64,000 bases of DNA, taken from Spirochaetota bacterium. Lineage in GTDB: Bacteria > Spirochaetota > UBA4802 > UBA5550. Below are positions 9,297 to 17,393 of the stretch, one piece after another. The first letter of the stretch is position 1, and the number at the start of each line of letters is the position of its first letter. The notes beneath the pieces were generated by a model. The model saw nothing but the letters and a program-made list of their open reading frames with translations, did no database searches and was not told the DNA's origin. The DNA is taken from assembly GCA_963663865.1 (NCBI GenBank), contig OY760686.1, positions 1,728,001-1,792,000 on the forward strand. The letters run 5' to 3'. The translations under genes and the position numbers were made by a program.

Positions 9297-10439
9297 ATGT
9301 TCGAATACAATCTGGCGGCAAGCTGTTCTTTCGGGGTTGAGTCGGTCCTGAAGCGCGAGCTTTTTTCGCTCGGCTTTGAAAACACGAAGGCCGAAAACGG
9401 ACGGGTAATCTTCCGGGGAACCGGCGCTGATATAGCAAAGTGCAGCATTAATCTCCGTACCGCGGAGAGGGTCTATATAGTTCTTGCCGAGTTTCCTGCT
9501 CTTGACTTTGAAGAGCTATACCAGGGGGCCCTTGCCGTCCCGTGGGCCGATATTCTCCCCAAAAACGCCTTTATGCATGTTGTCGGCAAATCGGTGAAGT
9601 CAAAGCTGAGAAGCGTCCCTGACTGTCAGTCGATTGTCAAGAAGGCCGTCGTTGATGCCATGTCGGCCAGGCACGGTGTTCAGCAGTTTCCCGAAGACGG
9701 CGCTGAATTTAAAATAGAGATATCAATGCTAAATGACGTGGCTGCCATTTCGCTGGATACCAGCGGGAAGGGGCTTCACAGGCGCGGATACCGCGAGGCA
9801 GGCGGCGATGCTCCGCTGCGCGAGACGCTTGCCGCTGCCGTCATTCTTCTTTCGAGATGGAATCCGGAGAGGCTGTTCTGCGATCCGCTGTGCGGTTCCG
9901 GTACTATTCCGATTGAAGCGGCCATGATCGGGGCGGATATAGCTCCGGGCCTTAAACGCGCCTTTTCCGCCGAGAGCTGGGGGCTTATCGATCAGAAGAT
10001 GTGGGAAACAGCGCGCGAAGAGGCCGAGGGTAAAATCAGGAGATTCGAAACTTCAATTATGGCTTCCGACATTGAATGGAAGCAGTTTAAAAAGGCACGT
10101 GAGAACGCGGAAAGGGCCGGGGTCGCGGACCTCATCGTATTTCAAAAAAAACCAGTTTCTGAATTCAGCTCATCGAAGAAGTTCGGCTGCATCGTAACAA
10201 ACCCGCCCTATGGCGAGAGGCTCGGAGACAAAAGAGACGCCGAGAATGTCTACAGGGAAATGGGGGCTGCTTTTTCAGGTCTGGACGAGTGGTCATATTT
10301 TATTCTCACCGCTCATCCCGAGTTCGAAAAGCACTTCCGCAGAAAATCTGATAAAAACCGTAAACTGTATAACGGGAAGATTAAGACTTACCTTTACCAG
10401 TATCTTGGGGAACTTCCTCCGAGGAGGGTGTTGCCGTAG
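9297..10439 (+). CDS. rlmL: THUMP-domain class I SAM RNA methyltransferase (RlmL/YpsC-like)
   Basis: DTSGKGLHRRGYR..APLRETLAAA, DPLCGSGTIPIEAA, TNPPYGER. Confidence 0.92.
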   Translation: MFEYNLAASCSFGVESVLKRELFSLGFENTKAENGRVIFRGTGADIAKCSINLRTAERVYIVLAEFPALDFEELYQGALAVPWADILPKNAFMHVVGKSVKSKLRSVPDCQSIVKKAVVDAMSARHGVQQFPEDGAEFKIEISMLNDVAAISLDTSGKGLHRRGYREAGGDAPLRETLAAAVILLSRWNPERLFCDPLCGSGTIPIEAAMIGADIAPGLKRAFSAESWGLIDQKMWETAREEAEGKIRRFETSIMASDIEWKQFKKARENAERAGVADLIVFQKKPVSEFSSSKKFGCIVTNPPYGERLGDKRDAENVYREMGAAFSGLDEWSYFILTAHPEFEKHFRRKSDKNRKLYNGKIKTYLYQYLGELPPRRVLP

Positions 10440-10552
10440 GCTTTATCTCGTTGTGCTGTGCGACACGCTTTTTTCTGGCAGGGAGCCTGCCGTCTATTTC
10501 ACACTGGGAGCGTGAGACCTTTTTCTTCGTCACTTTCGTCCGGGCGAAAGTG
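10426..10552. repeat. Direct repeat copy 1 (supplies the rlmL stop codon; ends in a hairpin)
   Basis: GGGTGTTGCCGTAGGCTTTATCTCG is identical to 11662-11686; similarity continues to ~10525. Hairpin CACTTTCG-N6-CGAAAGTG at 10531-10552. Confidence 0.85.
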
Positions 10553-10708
10553 GTCGACGGCTTTTTCTACCTCCTGTAGGCCGTCGACACTTAAGCATCC
10601 TGCTTTTCGGCCAATATATTTTTGGCGCCGGAAAGGCTTGGCCTTTGCTGTTACTCGACTGTTGCAGCGCCGTTATCATCATCGACTAAGGCTTTTAATT
10701 ATCAAAGG

Positions 10709-10758
10709 TTCCCTATAAGGGAATATTGCCTTGACTTTTTTTCTTTTCCAATTATTAT
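10709..10758 (+). promoter_or_regulatory. higBA promoter with palindromic operator
   Basis: Palindrome TTCCCT-ATA-AGGGAA (10709-10723). TTGACT (10731-10736)-N16-TATTAT (10753-10758). Confidence 0.6.
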
Positions 10759-10764
10759 GTATCT

Positions 10765-11052
10765 ATGAAAGTACATTGCAGAAAAACAGTGTCGCAATTT
10801 ATAAAAAAACACGCGGACGTCAAAACTTCGCTTGAAGCCTGGTACAACGAAACAGTCAGAGCAAAATGGGCAGGTCCTGTCGATATTAAAAGAAAATTTG
10901 CTTCTGCAAGCTTTTTGGCAGATAACCATGTGGTATTTAATATTAAGGGAAATCGATATCGTATTGTTGTAAAAATAGCATATAAAAACCAGATGGTCTT
11001 TATAAAATGGCTGGGGACTCATGCAGAATATGATAAAAACAAATTCCCGTAG
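10765..11052 (+). CDS. higB: Type II toxin HigB (RelE-superfamily mRNA interferase)
   Basis: LEAWY..W..P.DIK..F.SAS....VVFNIKGNRYRIV..I.Y...FIKWLGTHAEYDK. Confidence 0.93.
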   Translation: MKVHCRKTVSQFIKKHADVKTSLEAWYNETVRAKWAGPVDIKRKFASASFLADNHVVFNIKGNRYRIVVKIAYKNQMVFIKWLGTHAEYDKNKFP

Positions 11053-11084
11053 AAAAGCATAGATACATAAAGGAGGAGAGCTTT

Positions 11085-11465
11085 ATGAAAATTAAAATTA
11101 TAAAAACAGAAGAAGAGTACAATACAGCCTTAAATAGGATAGAAAAACTTATAGATATCGATCCAATTGAAGGCACAAAAGAAGCTGATGAGCTTGCCCT
11201 CTTATCGTTGATTGTTTCCAAATATGAAGATGAGCATTATCATATTGACATGCCTGATCCCGTTGAAGCAATAAAATTTAGAATGGAACAAGAGGGTCTT
11301 TCACAAAAAGACTTGGTTCAATATATAGGATCGAAGTCAAAGGTTTCGGAGGTTTTAAACAGAAAAAGGTCTTTGAGTATAAATATGATTCGCAATCTGA
11401 GTAAAGGCTTGGGGATATCAGCAGAAGTGCTTCTTAAAGAAAGTACAGTACAGAAGTCGGCATAG
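11085..11465 (+). CDS. higA: Type II antitoxin HigA (HTH)
   Basis: IKTEEEY..AL, PDPVEAIKFRMEQEGLSQKDL..IGSKSKVSEVLNRKRSLS. AGGAGGAG SD. Toxin-first order. Confidence 0.93.
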   Translation: MKIKIIKTEEEYNTALNRIEKLIDIDPIEGTKEADELALLSLIVSKYEDEHYHIDMPDPVEAIKFRMEQEGLSQKDLVQYIGSKSKVSEVLNRKRSLSINMIRNLSKGLGISAEVLLKESTVQKSA

Positions 11466-11661
11466 AGTAAACCCCTATTAAGCGAAATCATCAACAATAA
11501 AATCAAAGAATATCAGGAAAACTAAAACGTGGTAGTTGTGCCTGCAGACTATTAATTCCGCAATTGTATTCCAGCTTGACGATCGTATTTTCCCCTTTCT
11601 GGCGGACTTCGGAACTAAAACATCCTGTTTGTCGGACTGTCTTGCAGTCAGCCGCGGGAAG

Positions 11662-11799
11662 GGGTGTTGCCGTAGGCTTTATCTCGCTGTACTGCGCGAG
11701 ACGCTTCTCTCCTGGCAGGAAGCTTGCCGGCCATTTTCACACTGGGAGTGTGAGACCTTTTTCGTTACTTTCTTTTTTCGATCCAAAAAAGAAAGTAAC
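11662..11799. repeat. Direct repeat copy 2 ending in a perfect 15-bp hairpin
   Basis: Homologous to 10426-10525. GTTACTTTCTTTTTT-CGATCC-AAAAAAGAAAGTAAC at 11764-11799. Confidence 0.85.
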
Positions 11800-12009
11800 C
11801 AATGAAAAAGGGATCTCCTACGCGGAGGGCGATGGGACATCCATGTCCAAAGAATTAGTCACTGTGAAATAATATATTGAGAGATTGCTTTATTTAGTCA
11901 GGCTCCTTCGGAGCCGGAAAGCGACGCGTCCTGCTGCGTTTGAATGATTATACATTTTGTCCATATTACGTAATCATATTGATTTAACAGGCATTAGGTT
12001 ACGGCACCC

Positions 12010-12040
12010 GGTAGAGCCGCCCAAATTGGGCGGCTCTACC
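12010..12040. repeat. GTAG-type REP-like palindrome
   Basis: GGTAGAGCCGCCCAA-A-TTGGGCGGCTCTACC: perfect 15-bp arms, GTAG...CTAC ends. Confidence 0.75.
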
Positions 12041-12152
12041 TCACCTTGATACGCAGCCCCCCGAGGATGACAAGATGAGGAGGGAAGCCAACATCTCGTG
12101 AAAATAAGCAAACTTCAAAAGAAACTATACTAAACGCCTGCATAAATGATGT

Positions 12153-12268
12153 TCTCGCAAAGTACGCAGAGAATATTATTTTTGAAAATGCATTAAGCAG
12201 CTTTGTAATTTGAATGGTAATAATAGTCCATGAAGTTCCAGATCAGGGACTTAGTGTGCTTTGCGAGA
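12153..12268. repeat. ~116-bp element bounded by TCTCGCAAAG/CTTTGCGAGA inverted repeats
   Basis: 10-bp perfect inverted repeat extended imperfectly inward (TACGCAGAG vs CACACTAAG). Confidence 0.55.
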
Positions 12269-12425
12269 GAAAACAAGCCTCCATATCTGACAAGAGGATG
12301 CAGGGTCGACCTTATTAGTCGTCTCTACAGCTCCAATGCCTGCGACCTGTCTGGACCACACGCATAGCGTGTAAAGCTCCTGCTGAATTTCCATGTTAGC
12401 TGGATGTCTGCGACTTGCTGAAAAT

Positions 12426-12455
12426 AAAAAAACCGGCGCGTTAAGTGCCGGTTTT
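12426..12455 (-). terminator. Rho-independent terminator of the RRM gene
   Basis: AAAACCGGC-N9-GCCGGTTTT hairpin with T-run on the minus strand, 12 nt past the stop. Confidence 0.8.
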
Positions 12456-12466
12456 CACATTCATAT

Positions 12467-12742
12467 TCAGTAACGTGCTGGACGTGGCGAGTCAGTTCTT
12501 GGTTTTGCCAGATTAACCTTTACGTTCCTTCCCATAATGTCTTTGCCGTCAAGCTGCTCGATTGCGGCGTTCGCCTCGTTGTTGTCCTTCATCTCCACGA
12601 ACCCGAAACCCTTTGACCGCCCGGACAGGTGGTCCATAATGATTTTTGCTGAAACCACTTCGCCATGCTGACCAAAAAGATTCTGCAGCTCTGACTCTGT
12701 TACGCTGTAAGGAAGGTTCCCTACATAAATGTTTACTGACAT
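12467..12742 (-). CDS. Single-RRM RNA-binding protein
   Basis: RNP2 IYVGNL, RNP1 KGFGFVEM. GAGGTG SD. Confidence 0.96.
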   Translation of the reverse strand: MSVNIYVGNLPYSVTESELQNLFGQHGEVVSAKIIMDHLSGRSKGFGFVEMKDNNEANAAIEQLDGKDIMGRNVKVNLAKPRTDSPRPARY

Positions 12743-13242
12743 CGTACACCTCGTCTGTTGTTGAAATGGTCTGGTTTGAAAACTGTACGGGCAGGTCGGG
12801 AGACGTAAGAACAGAAGTGCGGAAATTCACATACAAGAATACTGCACATTAACAGCGGTATGGGCTGCTGTGTCCTCGACACATTTTACAAAATTCAGAA
12901 CCAGAAATTGTGCCTCAACACTTACCATATATAAAAAATCAAGTCAATTAAAAAAATAAATAAAAAAATTACCTGGCATCGCATGAGATTTATAAACCAT
13001 TCATTTGAATTAAGATTATTAACAAAATTATATTTCCACATAGCTGATGGCAGCGGACCATCGTTTGGATGGATTATCCGGAAAGCTAAATATACGCTAA
13101 TATTCCTTTTCTCTCTTGACAGCTTAATGGAAGTTGTTGTTCTAATCTCATCAGTTCGTTAGCGGCTGAAATCCATTCGGGTGTGGTTAAGATGCTTGTT
13201 TCCAAAAAAAAAGGGGACGGCTCCAGAGAACAGGGGCTTGCA

Positions 13243-14145
13243 ATGAGTATTGAGAGGGTCGTCGATGATCTGTGCCGTCCCGAGTCGTACAGCGCGGTGT
13301 ATCACGGGTCAAATCCGCATAATGTACCGATGCCTTCAATACGCGATCTCAAAGAGGCTTTAGAGCTTCTGAAAATAATCATTTACCCCGGATATTTTGA
13401 CAATATAGAGCTTTCCCCCTTTTCGATAAAGTACACAACAGGATCGTATCTTGAGCGGGCCATGAGGATCATGACCGACCAGATTAAGCGGGGATTCTGC
13501 TTCTACTGTTCAGAGGAGCTGAGCTGTGTTGACTGTGAAAAAAAATCCCTGGAGATTGCAGACCAGTTTCTCGAGTCAATCCCTGAAATAAGAAGAATGC
13601 TGGCCCTTGACGCCCTGGCGGCTTTTGAAGGCGACCCGGCGGCAAAAAAAATAGGCGAAACAATATTCTGCTATCCCAGCATAACGGCGCTCACAAATCA
13701 CCGGATAGCGAACGTGCTTTACAGGCTTGAAGTGCCGATCATTCCGAGGATAATTTCCGAAAGCGCGCATTCCGCCACCGGGATCGACATACATCCGGGA
13801 GCGACCATAGGCGAGAAGTTCTTTATCGACCACGGCACCGGTACTGTAATTGGAGAGACCTGCATCATCGGGAAAAACGTCAGAATCTATCAGGGGGTAA
13901 CGCTCGGAGCGAAGAGCTTCCCTCTTGATTCTGAAGGCAATCCGGTTAAGGGAGTTCCCCGGCACCCGATAGTTGAGGACGATGTTGTTATCTACGCGGG
14001 CGCTACCATCCTCGGCAGAGTTACCATCGGCAGGGGCGCTGAAATAGGCGGCAATGTCTGGGTGACCAACGACGTAGAGCCGGGTGTCAGAGTAGTACAG
14101 CAGCGTGCATCCCGTATGCGCTTTAACAATGGCGGGGGGATTTAG
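13243..14145 (+). CDS. cysE: Serine O-acetyltransferase (EpsC-type)
   Basis: GDPAAK, TGIDIHPGATIG..FFIDHGTG, YQGVTLG, RHP hexapeptide region. Start could lie up to 13183. Confidence 0.93.
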   Translation: MSIERVVDDLCRPESYSAVYHGSNPHNVPMPSIRDLKEALELLKIIIYPGYFDNIELSPFSIKYTTGSYLERAMRIMTDQIKRGFCFYCSEELSCVDCEKKSLEIADQFLESIPEIRRMLALDALAAFEGDPAAKKIGETIFCYPSITALTNHRIANVLYRLEVPIIPRIISESAHSATGIDIHPGATIGEKFFIDHGTGTVIGETCIIGKNVRIYQGVTLGAKSFPLDSEGNPVKGVPRHPIVEDDVVIYAGATILGRVTIGRGAEIGGNVWVTNDVEPGVRVVQQRASRMRFNNGGGI

Positions 14146-16187
14146 TCCCTGCTGGCAGCTTTGCTCCTCTTCTTTACACCGGCTTTTCGGTAGAACTCGG
14201 AGTTATGAAGCCTTGCCGACTCTATTCGGCTTCTGAACGTCATCGCCTTTTCCCTGTTAACTAACGCCAGGTTGTTCTTCTCGCCGGGGTCTTTAGCCAG
14301 GTTGTAGAGCTCTTCGTATGAGTCCCTGCTGCGGATTATATACTTCCACTCTCCGTCTCTGATCGATGTGATATCATCCTTCCAGAAGGTGTGCAGCAGG
14401 GCAAGCCTTGCCGGCCCTGAAGAGGCGATGCTTCTTCCCTCGTGCGCAGGATGGGCAGGCGCTCCGACAATATCCAGTATTGTAGGAAGTATGTCAATGT
14501 GCGATGTGAGGCTTTTATTCTCCACGGGCTCCGGAAAAAGCTTCTTATTGTAGATAATAAACGGGACGTTGACATTCTCCTCGTAGAGATAAAACGGATG
14601 GTTGTAGTTGCCTCTGTGTTCGTAGAACGCCTCGCCGTGATCCGCGAAGACAAGGAGCAGGGTGTCATCCATGAGTCCCTGAGCTTCAAGCGTGTCGGCA
14701 AACTCGCCAAGTGCGTAATCGGCATAGTGAAGTGAGTTGAGGTAGTTCATTTTTGATTTCTCTCTGGCGGACAGCGAACCCGGTATTTCTCCTGTTATAC
14801 GGAAGCTGTTGTCCGGAATGGCGTACGGGTGATGAGGGTTCACCGGAAGCATCACGAGAAAAAAAGGATTCGAGCCTGATTGCCTGATAAAGTCAACCGC
14901 CGGTTTAATCATTGAGCGTTCGTCAAGCCCCCAGCCGACCTTTTTGTTATGGGGGGGGATATTCTTAAGGTCGTCATACTCGATGATTCTGTCGAAGCCT
15001 CTGCCCGCAAGGAATCTTCTCTGGCCGGCATACCTGAGATCGCCGGTGTGAATAACACATGTCGAATATCCATTCTCCCCGAGTATCTCGGGAGCTGTTT
15101 TTAGTCCGATGTCCGGATTTCTCTGTATTACAAGCTCTCTGCTATCCATCCTCTCGTGCGCTGAAGCGAGCACGTTCAGCATGGCGTTGGCCGAGAGCGG
15201 CGAATTGGTATAGTGCCTTTTCATGGCCAGTGAATTTCTGGCGAGCCTTCGGAAGGCGGGCATGACGAATTTACCGTTAACCTTCATATCAAGATACTTT
15301 GCCGGAGTGGATTCGAAGAAGAAGAGGATGATGTTGTATTTCTTGCCTTTGGGATGTTTCCACGCTGACGGAATATAATTATTTTCCTCAATGGATAGGC
15401 TGGAATACTTTCCCGTTGCGATATCTGACTGAAGTTTGTTTTCTGTCTTCTCCGCACTTCGCGCGCTGTTCTGCGCCGGGGAAGGTGTTATAAGGTTCAA
15501 CAGAGGATTGGAGGTTATCTCTGTGAGAGAGGCTTTAAGTATCTCAGGCTGCAGGCTGCTGTAACGCTTCGAGAGTGTCCCGGAAAGAGGATAATGAATG
15601 GCTTTCAGAACCAGCGGAGCTGAAAGAAGAACAGCTGTAAAGGCGAGCAAAATTGCGGCGGGGTAACGCTGCCTGATTTTTCTGATATGCAGACTGGCCG
15701 CGGTAAGAACAAACAGTGAGACGGCTGAGCCGGCGTAAAAACCGCTTCCCGCTTCGGCGAAAAAGGACGATGCCACATCCCCAAACCCGCTCTTGATCTC
15801 ATCATTGAAAAAAGAGCTCTGAAATGTTGTTTCATAGACACGGAAAAAAACCCCTGCCATGAGCAGCAGTTCGGTCTGAAACAGGGTGTAAGCGGATGCT
15901 GTTATATCGCGCGCAAGCGGCCTTTTATTAAACAGTGTGAAAATAAGCAGGTAGAGAAGGGCTGCCAGTGATACCATTATAATATCCGGAATGAAAGCGA
16001 GGCTGATATACTCGGAAAAACTCAATCCGCGAAGCAGAGAGAACCGCTCGCTGACTATTGTCCACGCGAAATATCTGTATAAAGCGAAAGAAGCAACGGT
16101 GAAAAAAACAAAAAAGGAGAAGGGCAGAACTGCCTCAGCCCCCGGACCTTGAGCTGCCGGACGCTTCCTGAAGGTAAATCGTGGCAT
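14142..16187 (-). CDS. Membrane-anchored sulfatase/LTA-synthase-like protein
   Basis: About five N-terminal TMs, NIILFFFES, PHHPY, ADHGE, SHIDILPT. Confidence 0.88.
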   Translation of the reverse strand: MPRFTFRKRPAAQGPGAEAVLPFSFFVFFTVASFALYRYFAWTIVSERFSLLRGLSFSEYISLAFIPDIIMVSLAALLYLLIFTLFNKRPLARDITASAYTLFQTELLLMAGVFFRVYETTFQSSFFNDEIKSGFGDVASSFFAEAGSGFYAGSAVSLFVLTAASLHIRKIRQRYPAAILLAFTAVLLSAPLVLKAIHYPLSGTLSKRYSSLQPEILKASLTEITSNPLLNLITPSPAQNSARSAEKTENKLQSDIATGKYSSLSIEENNYIPSAWKHPKGKKYNIILFFFESTPAKYLDMKVNGKFVMPAFRRLARNSLAMKRHYTNSPLSANAMLNVLASAHERMDSRELVIQRNPDIGLKTAPEILGENGYSTCVIHTGDLRYAGQRRFLAGRGFDRIIEYDDLKNIPPHNKKVGWGLDERSMIKPAVDFIRQSGSNPFFLVMLPVNPHHPYAIPDNSFRITGEIPGSLSAREKSKMNYLNSLHYADYALGEFADTLEAQGLMDDTLLLVFADHGEAFYEHRGNYNHPFYLYEENVNVPFIIYNKKLFPEPVENKSLTSHIDILPTILDIVGAPAHPAHEGRSIASSGPARLALLHTFWKDDITSIRDGEWKYIIRSRDSYEELYNLAKDPGEKNNLALVNREKAMTFRSRIESARLHNSEFYRKAGVKKRSKAASRD

Positions 16188-16219
16188 TGTGTATTGTTTC
16201 CTGTAAAGATGATATGAAG

Positions 16220-17170
16220 CTATGTTTTAGGCGTCTGCTGAACGGTCAATCCGTTTTTGTCCGGCTTGTCCTTAAAGGCGTAGACGGTCATTGAGCTTGT
16301 AAGACAAAAGCTTCCAAACCGGATTTTGCTCTTGATGTGATAAAAGGCTATTCTGAACCAGGCAGAGTAGTCCCGCAGGCTTTTAAATGAGCCTCTTGAT
16401 TTTTTGAGCTTTGGAATGAGGCCAAAGTCAACGGGATGAAAGACCTTGATTCGGCTGAAGCCGGCTGTCTTGAGGGCCCGCGAGAGGCTGCTCTTTGTGA
16501 AATAAGACAGGTGGCCGGGAAGGTAATATCCGTATGCCTTTCCCTCTCTCCTGGCCTGGCGGCCCGCCATGTTCGCGGTCTGAATGACAAGGACACCGCC
16601 CGGACGCAGAAGGCTGAAGCACGACCTGATGGCCGCGGCCGGGTCCTTGATGTGTTCAATCACCTCGATCATGGTTATAACTGAAAAGAAATTGTGCTCA
16701 AAAGGGCAGTCTTCAAGCGTTCCTGTGTGGACCCGGCCGCCTGAGTATTCTGCGGCAGCCTCTGACGAATATAGAGAAAGCTCAATTCCGAACGGTGAGT
16801 AGTAAGCGGCAGCAGCCTTCATCAACCCTCCGAATGAAGCCCCTACGTCCAGAAAGCTGCCTGATTTGACGTATTGATGAATTGACTTGATTCTCGCGTT
16901 GTAGACGAAGTCGAAGAACCTGCGCCCCTTCCTTTCGTCGAGATAGGAGTAGTCCGCCCTGCCGGTGTAGTAATCTTCGGAGTAGAATGACCTTATTACC
17001 GAGTCCGTAAAGGCCGGGTTCATGAAGATGAAACCGCATTTCAAACACCTGTCCACCTTGAATGTGGGGACGGCTCTGTCAATGCTGTGATGATTTTCCG
17101 TAGCTGCGCTCCCGCAGAGAGGGCATGCTGTCCGCGGCAGGTCAAAAAGCCCTGAAGCCTGAATAGTCAT
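16220..17170 (-). CDS. Class I SAM-dependent methyltransferase with N-terminal Zn ribbon
   Basis: CPLC..CLKCG, FLDVGASFG, VIEHIKDP, LRPGG. Confidence 0.9.
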   Translation of the reverse strand: MTIQASGLFDLPRTACPLCGSAATENHHSIDRAVPTFKVDRCLKCGFIFMNPAFTDSVIRSFYSEDYYTGRADYSYLDERKGRRFFDFVYNARIKSIHQYVKSGSFLDVGASFGGLMKAAAAYYSPFGIELSLYSSEAAAEYSGGRVHTGTLEDCPFEHNFFSVITMIEVIEHIKDPAAAIRSCFSLLRPGGVLVIQTANMAGRQARREGKAYGYYLPGHLSYFTKSSLSRALKTAGFSRIKVFHPVDFGLIPKLKKSRGSFKSLRDYSAWFRIAFYHIKSKIRFGSFCLTSSMTVYAFKDKPDKNGLTVQQTPKT

Positions 17171-17213
17171 TTGTTCTCCGGACAGTGGCAGAAAAAGATG
17201 AGGTCTATATTGG

Positions 17214-17242
17214 TTGACATGATATGTGATTATCTCTAAAAT
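17214..17242 (+). promoter_or_regulatory. sigma70 promoter of the opp operon
   Basis: TTGACA-N17-TAAAAT. Confidence 0.7.
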
Positions 17243-17393
17243 GCCTTTAGGTTTTGTGTTATAATTAAGAACGCATTAAATAATCAGTCAAATAAAAATT
17301 GAAAATAGCCGCAGTATTTAACGATAATCACGGTAATAAATGAAAACACTCATTCTTGGAATATATTTGAACTGTAAACTCTGCAAAAAAAAA

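Noticed and set aside
11466-11525. In-frame continuation after the higA TAG (SKPLLSEIINNKIKEYQEN*) as read-through or recoding
   Set aside because: Only 19 codons. HigA is already complete and TAG is a normal stop elsewhere in the window. At most a gene remnant.
10458-11872. ORFs 10458-10718, 11536-11805 and 11564-11872
   Set aside because: They are translations of the non-coding repeat. No SD and no protein-like composition.
10426-12040. CRISPR array or integron attC array
   Set aside because: Only two long repeat copies, no regular repeat-spacer period, no cas or intI gene, and no clear RYYYAAC...GTTRRRY ends.
13140-13242. SAM or c-di-AMP riboswitch ahead of cysE
   Set aside because: Core consensus blocks not found.
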